A DNA stretch of 64,000 bases from the NCBI RefSeq assembly GCF_006345805.1, contig NC_043010.1, positions 31,186,001-31,250,000 on the forward strand, in the 5' to 3' direction. The DNA comes from Octopus sinensis. Lineage: Eukaryota. Each line of letters begins with the position of its first letter. Position 1 is the stretch's first letter. A program made the position numbers and the translations under genes. The notes below the pieces were generated by a model. That model was not told the DNA's origin and searched no databases. It saw only the letters and a program-made list of their open reading frames with translations. Shown here piece by piece: positions 13,121-26,200 of the stretch.

Positions 13121-15700
13121 TCATCATCATCATCGTTTAACGTCCGTTTTCCATGCTGGCATGGGTTGGATGGTTTGACTGTGGACTGGAAAGCCAGGAG
13201 GCTGAACCAGGCTCCAATCTGATCTGGCAGTGTTTCTACAGCTGGATACCCTTGCTAACACCAATCACTCCGAGAGTGTTGTGGGTGCTTTTTACATGCC
13301 ACTGGCACAGGAGCCAGTCAGGCAACACTGGCATCAGCCACGTTTGGCTGGTGTGTTATACGTGCTATCTGTACAGGAGCTAGTTGGGGTGGGGAGGCTG
13401 GTAACTACCACATTTGGATGGTGCTTTATATGTACCACCGGCACGGGGAGCCAGTCAGGCAGAACTGGCAATGACCCATGCATGAATGGTGCTTATTGCA
13501 TGCCACCAGCACGAGAGCCAGTCAGGCAGCACTGGCATCAGCCACACCTACAATTTCCATCTGATTGTGATTTGATTTGATTTTGATTTTACTTGACTGA
13601 ATAGGTCTCCTCAAGCATGGAATGTCACCCGACGATTCAAAGGTACTTTTTAAATGGGCTGGTTATGCGACACTGGTGTAGGCTATGGCTGTGATCTCAC
13701 TTTACTTGCTGGGTTTTCTCAATCATAGCATATCTCCAGAGGTCTCAGTTTTTTGTCATTGCTTCTGTGAGGCCCAATGTTCGAAGGTCATGCTTCACCA
13801 CCTCGTCCCATGTCTTCCTGGGTCTCCCTCTTCCACGGGTTCCTTCTACTATTAGAGAGAGATACTTCTTCACACAGCTCTCTTCATCCATATGCAGCAC
13901 ATGACCACACCAGCACAGTCGTCTCTCTTGCACATCACATCTGATGCTTCTTATGTCCAACATTTCTCTCAGGGTGCTTACACTCTGTCATGTGTGCACA
14001 CTGGCACTACACATCTAGCAGATCATACTAGTTTCATTTCTTTCAAGCATGCGCATGTCTTCAGCAGTCATGGTCCATGTTTCACTGTCATGTAGCATGG
14101 CAGTTTGCACACATGCATCATACAATCTACCTTTCACTCTGAGCAAGAGGCCCTTTGTCACAAGTAGAGGTAGGAACTTTCTGAACTTTACCCAGACTAT
14201 TCTTATTCTAGTGGCAACGCCCACCGAGCATCCACCCCCACTACAGACTTGGTCACCTAGGTAGCAGAAGCTATCAACTACTTCTAGTTTCTTCCCCTGG
14301 CATGGGATGGAATCAGTTGTTCTGAACATCTGTAGTGTTTATTGCTCCTGTGCATCTGCTGCACACAAAAGCTATCTTCACAGTCAACCTTCCTTTCATG
14401 TTGCTGCACCTCTTATGCATCCATAGCTTACACTGGGTACATCTTATGGAGTCTCTACCTACACCTTTTTTTCAGATCGAGCAGGGTTTTGTGATGTATT
14501 TGCCTTCCTACTTACTAAGACCTTGGTTTTTGCAACATTGACTCTAAGGCCCTTCGATTCTAAACCTTGCTTCCACACCTGAAATTTCTTCTCTAGTTCT
14601 GGTAGTGATTCCACTATGAGAGCAAAGTCATCAGCATAGAGGAGCTCCCAGGGGCAATGTGTCTTGAATTCCTCTGTTATTGCCTGGAAGACTATGACGA
14701 ATAAGAGGGGGCTGAGGGCTGATTCTCGGTGAATCCCTACTTCTACCCAGAATTCTCCACTTTACTCATTGCCGACCCTTACCTGTACCGCTCTTATTAA
14801 CCACTTGTCAATCCCCAATTTCTGCATCGCCCACCAGATAAGGGATCAGGGGACCCTTTCAAAGGCTTTCTCCAAGTCAACAAAAGTCAAGTATAGGGGT
14901 TTATCTTTGGCTAGGTATTTCTCCTGCAGTGTCCATACTAGGAATATAGCATCAGTGGTGCTTCTACCTGGCATAAAACTGAACTGCATCTCATCTAAGC
15001 AGACTCTCTCCCTAATTAGTTGGGCTATGACACCTGATCCAGCAGTTTAATACCCCTGTAGTCATTTCTATCTAAAGCATCACCTTTACCTTTGTAGCAG
15101 TTGACTATGGTGCTGCTACACCAGTCATTGAGTATGACTCCTTCGTGAACTACCTGGTTTACAATATAGGTGACTAGGCCATAACCCACACCCCCAGATA
15201 TTTTAAGCATCTCGGCAGTGATTCCTGATGGGCTGGGGGCTTTTCCTGACTTCATATCCTTAATTGCTTTATCTAATTGGCAGGCTCTCCTCCTCCCATT
15301 CATTCTCCACATTCAGCCTTTCATAATGGCTTCTCCAAGCCTCTTTCTTTGCAGAGTCGTTAAAAGCAAGTGCACCATGACATCACAATTTTCTCTCACA
15401 TACTGTCTTGCAATCTGAAATACTTCAGTTCTTTGGTCCTCATGTTGCTGAACATTGGCAAACTTCTTTTCTGCTTCTCCCTTGGCTATGTATACCTGTT
15501 TCCCGGCCTCCCTTGGCTATCTGGTACAGTTCCCTGCTAACCCCATTCTTCCAGGCCTGTTTCTTTGCTCTAATGGACTTGTCTACTGTATTATTCCACC
15601 ACCATGTTACTCTAGGTCAGGAAGGGACTTTGCACCAGCTGCAGATCTGGTATGTGGTGCTCAGTAAGTTGTCCCGTAGGAATTTCCAGTTACCCTCTAT
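13121..15700 (-). mobile_element. RTE-clade LINE, 5'-truncated, degenerate reverse transcriptase
   Basis: ORF-track peptides KSGKAPSPSGITAEMLK, YKGKGDALDRNDYRGIKLL, VVDSFCYLGDQ, ERRLCWCGHV, RGRGRPRKTW; (CAT)n tail at about 13122. Confidence 0.92.
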
Positions 15701-16089
15701 GTCCGATTTACTTGCTAATTATGACAGAATATTTTTTCTTAGTTCTTGTGACAAAACATTTTTACTAGTTATTTGTGATAGAATATTTGTACTAGTTATT
15801 GTGACATAATATTTTCACTAGTTAAGGTAGTGAGCTAGCAGAATTGTTAGAATGCTGGGAAAAATGCTTATTGGTGTGTCACCTGTCTTTATGTTCTGAG
15901 TTCAAATTCCACTGAGGTTGACTTTGCCTTTCATCCTTTCAGGGTGAATAAACTAAGTACCAGTTGAGCACTGGAGTCGATGTAATCAATTTAACCCCTT
16001 CCCCAAAATTACTGGCTTTGCACTAAAATTTGAAACCATTATTTTTTGTAGCTTTCGTAAAATCATTATTTTTACTAGTTATTACTCTT

Positions 16090-16465
16090 ACTCTTTTACT
16101 CTTTTACTTGTTTCAGTCATTTGACTGTGGCCATGCTGGAGCACCGCCTTTAGTCGAGCAAATTGACCCCGGGACTTATTCTTTGTAAGCCCAGTACTTA
16201 TTCTATTGGTCTCTTTTGCCGAACCGCTAAGTGACGGGGACATAAACATTGTCAAGCAATGCTAGGGGGACAAACACACACACATATATATATACATATA
16301 TACGACAGGCTTCATTCAGTTTCCATCTACCAAATCCACTCACAAGGCATTGGTCGGCCTGGGGCTATAGCAGAAGACACTTGCCCAAGATGCCACGCAG
16401 TGGGACTGAACCCAGAACCATGTGGTTGGTAAGCAAGCTACTTACCACACAGCCACTCCTGTGCC
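16090..16465 (-). mobile_element. young family-1 SINE copy
   Basis: Near full length, retains CpGs, (AAAAGAGT)n tail. Confidence 0.88.
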
Positions 16466-18019
16466 TATTGTAAGAAAAAATTTTTTTAGTTATTGTGATA
16501 ATTTTTTTGCTAGATATTATGAGAATATTTTTAATAATTATTATGGTTCTTTTAATTGTGACAAAGGATATTTTTACTAGTTATCGTGAATATAGTTTTT
16601 CTATTTATTGTGACAAAAAATATAGATAACTTTTAGACAAAATGTTATGAGGCAGCAGGAGTGGCATTAATTCTACAAAAAATTTTGTATAAAAACATTT
16701 AAGGCAGTAACTAAAATAAGGCAAAATAAAACAATTGATAAAATATATAAATGAATTGTAATGATATGGTATTAAAAGAACTCTGATCTCAGATTTTACA
16801 ACATGGCTTCTTTTTCTGTCTGTCACTCTACCAATTCTGCCAGCCAATCTATTGCTCTAATCGGGCTAATCACATATTGATGAATATCGTTATAGGCAAA
16901 TAATATTTGATTATGTGGGAGGTGCAGAATGAATAGTTTATGGATTTGTTGTATTTAAACAACAACAACAACAGCAGCAACTATTGAAATACAAATGTCT
17001 AATATTGACATATTGATCTGGCATATCTGTATGCATTCATTTATCTCTTCTTATTCAGTCAACTGACAGACTGAGTGTACAAGGGTTGGTGGTTTGGTTA
17101 CAATGGTGGATATATTTGAAACAACTTAGGAGAGGGAGTATGAACAAGAATTATTGATTTAAACCTGGTTTAAGCAAGATCTTTTGCTTTAAATTTTGTG
17201 TTACCAACATCAGAGAGATGTACACTGCTAGAGAGTTGATTGTCAAGGAAGAGCTTTTGTTAGTTTTCCAAGTAATAAATGACAGTTTAATACAACTGTT
17301 AGAGTGTTGGACAAAATGCCTTTTAAGTTCTGTGTTCAAATCCCACCGAGGTTAACCTTACCTTTCATTTTCTTTCAATTGGCGAGAAAATAAAGTACTA
17401 ATCAAGTACTAGGTTTGATTTATATTGCTATAATGCAGAGGTAGAGGTCATTTTCAGAACAAGGAGTAAATGGCAGGTGTATAAGAACCTATAGAGTTAC
17501 ATCAATGAGGAAAAAAAATGTTTAATCATCATTCATGTAAACCCATAATTCAACATGTTTGAGTGTATTTGAACATAAGGCCTTTCACTGTAGAGGTGGA
17601 TAACATTCTCCATCAAGACTTGTGTGCAAATACATTTTTGGTGGGCTGTAAATGATGTCATCAGATTGAAGGACACATGCATTTCTGTGTTGTTCTAATT
17701 CGTCAATTACATAAGCCAAATCTCTTGTACACAGCCCAAATAAGAACTAAATTATTCTCATTAAAACAGCATACAAATGTTTGTTGATGTGCTTGGACGA
17801 GCTAGAATTAAAAAAATTTTGCATGAATGTGTTAAATATGATGATAATGAATATTTTTTATTCAATACTGTTTAATGTGACATTATTTAAAATATCTTAA
17901 ATAAAAATAAAAAAACATCATAGGTGCTCTTTTATTCTTTTACTTGTTTCAGTCAATGGACTGCAGTGATGCTGGGACACCACCTTGAAGAGTATTAGTT
18001 AATTAAATTGACTCCAGTA

Positions 18020-18538
18020 CCGTAAATCTTCGAGTATAGTCTGCCCTTGAGTATAATACACAGGGGATTTTTAGGGGGCTGTACCTCTGAAAAACCTAAA
18101 CCTTGTGTATAATAGGTACTCCTCTAACTCGAGTCGTGCGTAATTAAACCAGCAGCACCTAGTCGAACAAACACTTCCGTGCAGGCATAATACAATAATG
18201 GTGATGTTCTCAACTGTTATATGGGAATATAAATATGTTTGCAAATTGTTTTTGTCATATGTTATTCTGTGTTCTGAATACTTTTATGTTAATAAATGTT
18301 GCTAACTGCAAGTTATGGATGATTCTTTTATGACTTCATTGCTTTCAGGCTTCGCTTAAGGTATTTTCATGTCCGACATCACAAAATGTGTCTGAATAAA
18401 CATTGCCGGACAGCAAATAGGGACTCGGACATTGCTTAGAAAATATTTTTCATTTTTAACCTCGTGTATAGTATGCACTAGGGATTTTGACCTTTAAATT
18501 TTGGGGAAAAAGTGCGGATTATACTCGAGAATTTATGG
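18020..18538. mobile_element. pogo-like Tc1/mariner MITE
   Basis: TA-flanked TIRs (ta)ccgtaaatcttcgagtatagtctgc / gcggattatactcgagaatttatgg(ta), inserted at ccagTActtatt within a SINE. Confidence 0.8.
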
Positions 18539-20904
18539 TACTTATTTTAAGTTTGCTACTTATTTATTTATCTCTTCCCAAGATGTGAATTTACTATGAG
18601 CAAGCTCATACCAGTTGTCAAGTGGTGAGAGATAAATACAAAGAAATATATGCATGTGCACACACACAGGGCATGCATCTTTGTGATTTTTCTCTCATCT
18701 AGTTTGCTCTCTCTCTCTCTCTCTCTCTTTCACACACATGATAGTCATTCCTAAATCGGTTGGCATGGGGCTATAGTAGTAAACATTTGCCCAAGGTACC
18801 ATGTAATGGGACTGATCCTGAAACCATGTCATTGTGAAACAAACTTCTTAGCTCTGCAACTTTGCCTGCATTTATGTAATTTACATTTAATTACTGTTTT
18901 GGTATTAAAAATTAAGCTGTTTTTTTAATGTGCTATTAATGACTTTTTCAGTGGGTGGTTTCAAGTTTGTATGGGGTTGGAATATTGTCTGCAGCCTAGG
19001 AGTTCCACATCCATATCCTAGATATGAATACTACTATAGTAGAAAATTTAAAACTAAGTAACTTGGATAAAGTTCAGTACCCACTCTTGGGGTAACAATA
19101 TTAGCCTAGTCCCACCTATGCCAGCATGGAAGGTGGACATTAAACGATGATGATGATGATGATGCAGATCTAAGAAAACGCCAACTCACTACTACAAGCT
19201 GACAAGAAAAAAACAAAAAATCTTGTCAGTTTCTTTTTTTGTTTGTTTCATTTTTGTCTGGAGGGAACAGCAGGACCCATGCCCCTTTTATAGGGCTTTT
19301 GAGAATGGTGAGAGTGGGGAAAGAAGGTATACTCAAACCAGAGACTTAACTTAAATACTTACAACAGAGTCAACTCTACAAAAGGCATCCAAGATGCTAG
19401 AAAGTGCTGAATTAAGTTCACTACCCATCATCATTATCATTTTAATGCCACTTTTTCATGCTTGCATGGGTTAAGAGAAATTTTGTGAGGCAGATTTTGT
19501 ATGGCTGGATGACCTTCCTGTCGGCTACCCTAACCTGTTCCCAAGCAAGGTAATATTTCCCTATGGGCAGTGAGGTGGCAGAATCATTAACATGCCGGAT
19601 GGAACGCTTAGCGATATTTTTTTTGCCTTTACTGTCTGAGTTCAAATTCTACTGGGAGCAACTTTGCCTTTCATCCTTTTGGGGTTGATTAAATAAGTAC
19701 CAGTTGTGCACTGGGATCAATGCAATCAACTTAATCTCTTTGTCTGTCCTTGTTTGTCCCCTCTATGTTCAGTCCCCTGTGGGCAATAAAGAAATAAATA
19801 TTTCCCAATGGCCAGACATGTTTATGCAGAATTTTAGAAATGAATGACACTGCTTTCATTACAGAGACACATATAACTATCATACAATGAAGACAAAGAG
19901 ACACAAGCACACAACTACTAACACAAACACACACACAACCACTAACACACACACACAACCACTAACACACACACAAACACTAACACACACATACACTTCT
20001 TAACCTCTCAGCCAGACCTAGCCTCTTTGAGTTTTGAACTTCAAACACAAAACGATGTTGGGCAAAGCAGAGATTTGCAGTTAGAGGGCAGAGAGCTGGA
20101 CCAAATATTGTGAGGATTTCTATTTGATTCACTTACAACTTTACCTCTTTTACTCGTTTCAGTCATTTGACTGTGGCCATGCTGGAGCACTGCCTTTAGT
20201 TGAGCAAATCAATCCCAGGGCTTATTCTTTGTAAGCCTACTACTTATTCTATCAGTCACTTTTGCCGAACCGCTAAGTGATGGGAATGTAAACACACCAG
20301 CATCGGTTGTCAAGCGATGTTGGGGGGGACAAACACAGACACACAAACATATATATACATATACACAATGGGCTTCTTTCAGTTTCTGTCTACCAAATTC
20401 ACTCACAAAGCTTTGGTTGGCCTTAGGCTAGAGTAGAAGACACTTGCCCAAGGTGCCATGCAGTGGGACTGAACCCAGAACCATGTGGTTGGTAAGCAAG
20501 CTACTTACCACACAGTCACTCCTACACTTGTTTACCATCCTTGAACAGTGACCTGTGCCTCTCCTTGAAAGTTAATTGTTAAGTTGAACTATGTAAGCTG
20601 TTCACAGCTAAATGCCTTTAAGAGGGTTATATGTTTTGTTGTAAGTCTACTGTTTGTCTGGCAGGTCACTGTCACACTATGATTCAGCTAGACAGGACAT
20701 TTGTGTCTCTATTAATAATTATCAGATATACAATTTATTGAGAAGAGTCATTGCTACGTAACAATACTACACATACATATACACAGCCACAGTATGTAGT
20801 CATTCTACCTGCTAAGAATAGCAGCCAATTCTTCCTCAATTACACTCTACTGACAAACAAAAATGGACATATTGGATACTATAGTCCTAGATGTGTTATA
20901 CTGA

Positions 20905-21700
20905 AGGTACATGGCTTAGTGGTTAGGGCATTTGGCTCATGATTGCAAGGTCGTGAGTTCAATTCCTGGCAACACATTGTGTCTTTAAGTAAGACACTTT
21001 ATTTCATGTTGCTCCAGTCCACCCAGCTGGCAAAAATGATTAATACCTGTATTTGAAAGAGCTAGCCTCAGCATACTCTATGTGATACTGAATCTCTCTG
21101 AGAACTACATTAAGAGTACACGTGTCTGTGGGGTGCTCAGCCATATGCATATTAATTTCATGAGCAAGCTGTTCCATTGATCAGTTCAACTGGAACCCTT
21201 GCCATTGTAATGATGGACTGCCACCAGATGTATTATGACTTTCACATGGTCCAGGCCCTGTTAAGATGTTATGGCTTACGAAAGCTATGTCAGCAAGGCA
21301 CAAGCTTCTGGTAGAACTTGTAATGCTGGAAAGGTCAAAGGATAGAGACAATACTAATATGAATAACCTACTCCAAGAGGTGTGGTTGGAGCATCGAATT
21401 TACGACCGTGAGGTTGTGAGTTCGAATCCCGGACTGGGCTGCATGTTGTGTTCTTGAGCAAGACACTTTATTTCACATTGCTCCAGTTCACTCAGCTGTA
21501 GATATGAGTTGTGACATCACTGGAGCCAAGCTATATCGGCTTTTGCCTTTCCCTCAGATAACATCGGAGGCGTGGAAGGGGGAGGCTGGTATGCATGGGC
21601 GACTGCTGGCCTTCCATAAACAACCTTGCCCGGACTTGTGCCTGGGAGGGTAACTTTCTAGGTGCAATACCATGATCATTCATGACTAAAAGGGGTCTCT
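20905..21700 (+). mobile_element. two tRNA-derived SINEs of a third family (ttgagcaagacactttatttcac central domain)
   Basis: Heads at about 20905 and 21376 with a gagttc(a/g)a(t/a)tcc B-box. Relatives at 8645-8830 (-), 32860-33040 (-) and 37200-37370 (-). Confidence 0.7.
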
Positions 21701-22620
21701 GACTCCTAGAGGTAAAAATGGGTTTGTGTAAGGCCAATACCCCTACCTAGAAAGCAGCAAAGTTGCAGAAGTATCAGTGACAATTCAGAACTGAGACCTG
21801 GTAGAAGGCCTTCCTTCAGGGAAACATATGATGTGGTGCAGCAAAATCTGAAAGGAAGCTGCAAGGAAGAACAAGGGTTCAATTGGAGAGAAGCAGAAAA
21901 GACAGCCTAGTGTCAAAAACAGTGGCAAAAAAGTCATTGATGCCTTATGTTCCATAGCGCTTAAGTAAGATACATTATATCAGGAAACCAAGATGATCAT
22001 AACTGAAAAAGCTTAAACAGCTTTGATCATAGGTCTATTCAGTCAAGGTTGGTTTAGACTAAGCAACACACACATGCACATGCAAACGCACACATACACA
22101 CACTGGTTGTGATGGAATTATTGTTTTGCAGAGCTGTTGTTTAATCCAACACAACCCTATTCTGACTGATCTTTCATCAAAGACATCGAAACATTGGCCA
22201 TCCTGCTTTTTATTTTTTTAAATTATCATTTTAGACTCTATATCTGTCTAGGACTATGTCATCAAGCTTGCATTTCCTTTAGAAGATTATGAGGCTGATC
22301 TGAAGGAGATTTAGTTTCTAATTTAAGCAAGTCGGGTGACTGTATTGATACACCTTCATTGGTTTGTAGAGGAATGTTGGTGTTGTTTAGCTCTAGGTCA
22401 GTCCTGATTCCACCATGACTATACCTTTTTTTTTCTTATTTATGCATGACTAGATTATACATTGTGTACTTTCTTTTTCAACCCAGTTGAATATGATTCA
22501 AGGGAATTTGGCTGCCATTTCTAGTCAGCCAAGTGACCATACAGGTCTTTGATTCAATGAAGAGCAACCTTTTACAGCAAGGTGGTCTGGGGGAAATGCT
22601 TACAAACCACCTATCTAAAA

Positions 22621-22671
22621 GACTATTTTACTGAGGAGGTGTAATAAAACCGAAACATGTCCAGAACAGTC
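22621..22671 (+). ncRNA. minimal type I hammerhead-ribozyme-like motif
   Basis: GACUAUUUUA CUGAGGA GGU-GUAAUAAA-ACC GAA AC-AU-GU C CAGAACAGUC. The core is intact, the triplet is GUC, helix III is the palindrome ACAUGU, and helix I pairs at 8 of 10 positions. Confidence 0.65.
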
Positions 22672-23489
22672 ACTGTCCTTTATAAACGTGATATTCCTCT
22701 TCCACTATATGCACAATTTCAATTAATTCAAACTTCAGAAATTGTCTTCCTTGCCTTTTTTGGTCAGGATTAAGCTAAAAGTTGTTTGCTTACTCCTCCC
22801 CCCATCTTCCTCACAATTACAAATGTCATTTTAATTAATTAAAAATATTTGGTCAACTACATTTAGTGAACCAACGTCAGTATTTGTTTTTCGTGTAATT
22901 CCCTCCTCGCTCAGCCATTTTTAAAATACTTTATGTCTTTCTTCTTTTTTTTACCGGTTTATTTTATTCAGTTTAATTTCTTTCTTTTGTATCCTTGGTT
23001 GATAATGTCTAGCTGACAAATACTCTATCGGTAAATGTTCTTCCTACACATTTTGCGCAGCATATTTCTAAAACAGAAATAGAGAAAGAGAAAAAAACCC
23101 TGCTCTGATACTGCTTGAACGTTTACGACGATGATCAGTAGTCTGGGTTCTCGTGCACTAAATGTAATATTTCCAACAAACTGTGACAGTCATGCAATAA
23201 CACCCAACATGGGAAAGAAATCGTAAATAAACTTTGTAAACACCAGTACTTTTATTATTAATATTCTTTGTAGTGTGTAAATGAGATTGTATGCCCGTTT
23301 GACTCAGTGTTATTGTTAATTGACTTTTGTTAATTGCATTTTGTATGAAACTGTTATTGTACTTGAAATAAATTATTAGTTTTCTAGTCGGCTTTCAGGC
23401 TTCTAAATTGAAAGTCATTCGAACACAATGCTTTTTTCATAGTGGGGAATCTACGAAGACAGACCTTTAAAAACAGAAATTAACCAGAA

Positions 23490-24227
23490 TCTTATGTTGT
23501 GACCAAGTTCACGTAACACTTGATCAAGGTTTTTCCTACCTTCTATGTAGTCTTTTCATAAATTCTTTAGCCAACATATACTCTCTTTGTTTTCTTCCTG
23601 GGTGGTTCACCAACTGAGTCCCTTGCTATCACTGCACTCACAACAGCCTAGTGGGTTCATTGCATAGTTGCCGTCCATCAGGCATGTATCAGCTGAAGCA
23701 AGTAACCACAGTAATTCATCAGAACCAAACGCAATGATGTGGCTGCCAATGTCTGGTCCGTTGTCGAAGAACAAAAATGGTTTGGACTTGGGAGCTGCAG
23801 TAGTTGTCCATTCTCCAGTAAGTTCCAGATCCTCGAGTCTTTCTGGTACTTGTGGTTAGAATTTTGATCCTTGGTTATACAAAGTTCTCTTTATGATGTC
23901 CTCACTTGGAAGTAACGCCTTTCCTTCAGCTGATAAGTCATGCAGGTTATTGCAGTAAATCTGGCTAGGTTTATCTTGTTTCTGCTGCTTTTCTCTTGAT
24001 GTTGATGCATTTTGTGACTGAAATAGCCGCAGAATCAGGAGCGTAGTTGTGATCATTAGCTGGTATATAATCAGTCATATTAAGGCTGGTGGTCATGGTA
24101 CTCTACAAAAAGATGTTCTCTTAGCACATCTCCATCTGATAGTTGTTGATCTTACAATCTGTTTTGTATACATGTATCTTTGGAAGCAAATCTTCTCTTT
24201 TCCTTCATTACTCGCCGTGATCTCCAT
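23490..24227 (-). mobile_element. FLYWCH plus MULE (Mutator-like) transposase remnant with deleted core
   Basis: MEITASNEGKEKICFQRYMYTKQ...IRWRCAKRTSFC (FLYWCH-like), PFLFFDNGPD...LLASADTCLMDGNY (start of the MULE domain) and EPPRKK...ELGHNIRF (C-terminus). Stops and frameshifts present. Confidence 0.7.
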
Positions 24228-24399
24228 GATGGGGTTGTAGTAGAGCCACTGAGATAAATGGTAACCAGAGTTACTGGTTTCGTATTTATTTTGTTAAGGA
24301 GTTACTGGGGCAGCTTGATGTATGCCCCAAAGTTAATCAAGCTGTCCCAGTGTACGTTCCAAAGTTCTGAAGGAAATTTTGTTTATTGTGCCATTTCTA

Positions 24400-24900
24400 C
24401 CTAAATTCATGGAGGTCATGTCTGCAAGGAAAGTAAAGAAAGGAATTCCATGGAGAAAGACCTTCGGAAAGGACGGGGGATTTCAGCGGATGAGACACAA
24501 GAGAGGGTGACAGGATAAAGATGCATTGAATGGACCTCAGAGTACGCAACTAGTTCAGAGGGTGAGATGTTAACATTGCAGTGGAAGAGATAGACACAAT
24601 AAACAGCTTAGTGAGACAGTTGCAGTGTGTTGGTGATTGAATCTTAGACAATTAACCGAAAGACTTTTTGGGTGTGATCTCAGATGTATGTGTGAATAAT
24701 TACAGCACCATTGCACAGTTGCGAATGAGACACGAGACTGGACATTTGTACCAGCTTTGATGATTTTTAGTTGTGTTGTTAGTGAAGGCATAGTATAAAA
24801 TTTCCTATAGTTATATTTAATGTCTGAGCTGTTGAAGGGAATTAAGTTGGAAGTTTTTCAGGTTTCCTTTCATAAAAGTGATACTGGTCTAGAATCCGTG
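24400..24900 (-). mobile_element. L2/Crack-like LINE 3' fragment
   Basis: Degenerate KVFRLI...LQLSH and WNSF...FP..HDL..F motifs. Confidence 0.5.
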
Positions 24901-25059
24901 TGTGGAACGTTCAGAGAGAATGTAGAGCAGTATCATTTTAAAAGGGTATGTGGTTAAAAGCAACAGTAAATAAATAATTAAATGCAGAGAAGGAGGAGGA
25001 GATGTAAGACGGTACCAAACTCTTAGGGTACACCAGATATAATCAAATATGAGTTTTGT

Positions 25060-26200
25060 AAGTGTTCAAGTGCTATATAAATAATAATAGACTAATGAAA
25101 ATTGTTTTATACAGTGCTCAGATGCACATCTCATCAGAAAAAAAGGGTGAAGGACATCAGGTGAAATTCAGGAAGCGTGGAAGTTTTGAAGGATGCAGCA
25201 TCTCGACAACCAACTCACTGATGCGAGTAGTTTATTCCATGTTTCAGCAATTCTGAGCGGGAAAAATGTTTCCGAAAATCATGGGAGCTGTGTATTTAAA
25301 TCTTTAAAAATTTTGTAAACATGTCCAAGAGTGTTAGACAAACGAAATCTCAAAAGGTGCTCATGGTTGTTGTTAGAGTATGGTAGATGTTTGACAGCAG
25401 GTATTCGTCTGGTTGTACGTTTCTGAACAGTATCCTGGAGATTGATATACCGAGCAAGATAGTGGCTCCATGCTGGGTATAAAAACTCTAAGTGTGTCCG
25501 TATCATAGCCATATACAGCTTTAAATAGCTGGAGAGCGGCTGATGAAGGTCTTACTGAGAGATGTTAAGACATCCTCAACCTTCTTGACAATTTTAGAGA
25601 TGTAGGAACAGACTGGTTAGAATTTTCCGAATGAAATTGGATGGTAAAATAGATGACATCCATAGACGGCCTAAATAGGTCCTCTCATAAGTGTCCTCAT
25701 GTCAGACGCTGTCGAAGTCCAGGACAACGTTACTTTTGCTTAAGTTCTCAAGAGAGAGAGAGAGAGAGAGAGAGAGATGTAGTGTTATTTAAGTTTCAAG
25801 CAGATATGGCTCTGCAGAAACTAATGGTGGTTACTGTAAGAGATTGAAGATGATTAATGGGGGATGATGTTGATGATTTCTCCATCACTTTTGAGTTGCA
25901 GTGAGGGAGGATAGTACGAAAGTTTATGATTAGTTGTCACCATATAATGTTGCTCTTGTTAGGATTGAAAATCACTTTACAATGTTTGCCTAAACTGTAA
26001 TAGATCTCTGTGTAAAAAAGAAGACTGAAGATTTTCGTGAGGATAGGAGCTAGTTCTGGTTCTTAGCATTCATGTTAGGATCGGTCGTACTGTTGAGTTG
26101 GAACGATTAGAGAAATTTATGCTCTTAACGACTGCGTGTGTACGATGTGATGTGACAGATAGGAAGGAAAGGGGAGTTTGAAAAGAGCTTTGTTTCGTTC
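25060..26200 (-). mobile_element. CR1-group LINE fragment(s)
   Basis: RTHLEFLYPAWSHYL...TVQKRTTRRIP; RKHF..RIAETWNKL; ELAPILTKIF upstream. Confidence 0.7.

Larger units (their letters stand above)
12520..16640. repeat. degenerate 26-27-nt minisatellite (ttttactagttattgtgacaaaat) fragmented by insertions
   Basis: Units at 12520-12660, 13040-13120, 15710-15825, 16060-16085 and 16480-16640. Confidence 0.7.

Noticed and set aside
12520-16640. Repeat-spacer pattern superficially like a CRISPR array
   Set aside because: Eukaryotic context, degenerate units, and the spacers are transposable elements.
17575-17740. About 53-codon minus-strand frame (FLFGLCTRDLAYVIDELEQHRNAC...) in unique DNA
   Set aside because: Weak acceptor, no donor, no recognisable family; cannot be supported as an exon.
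21376-21445. tRNA-like sequence with A/B boxes (also 49890-49950)
   Set aside because: These are SINE heads; no complete cloverleaf or terminator was seen.
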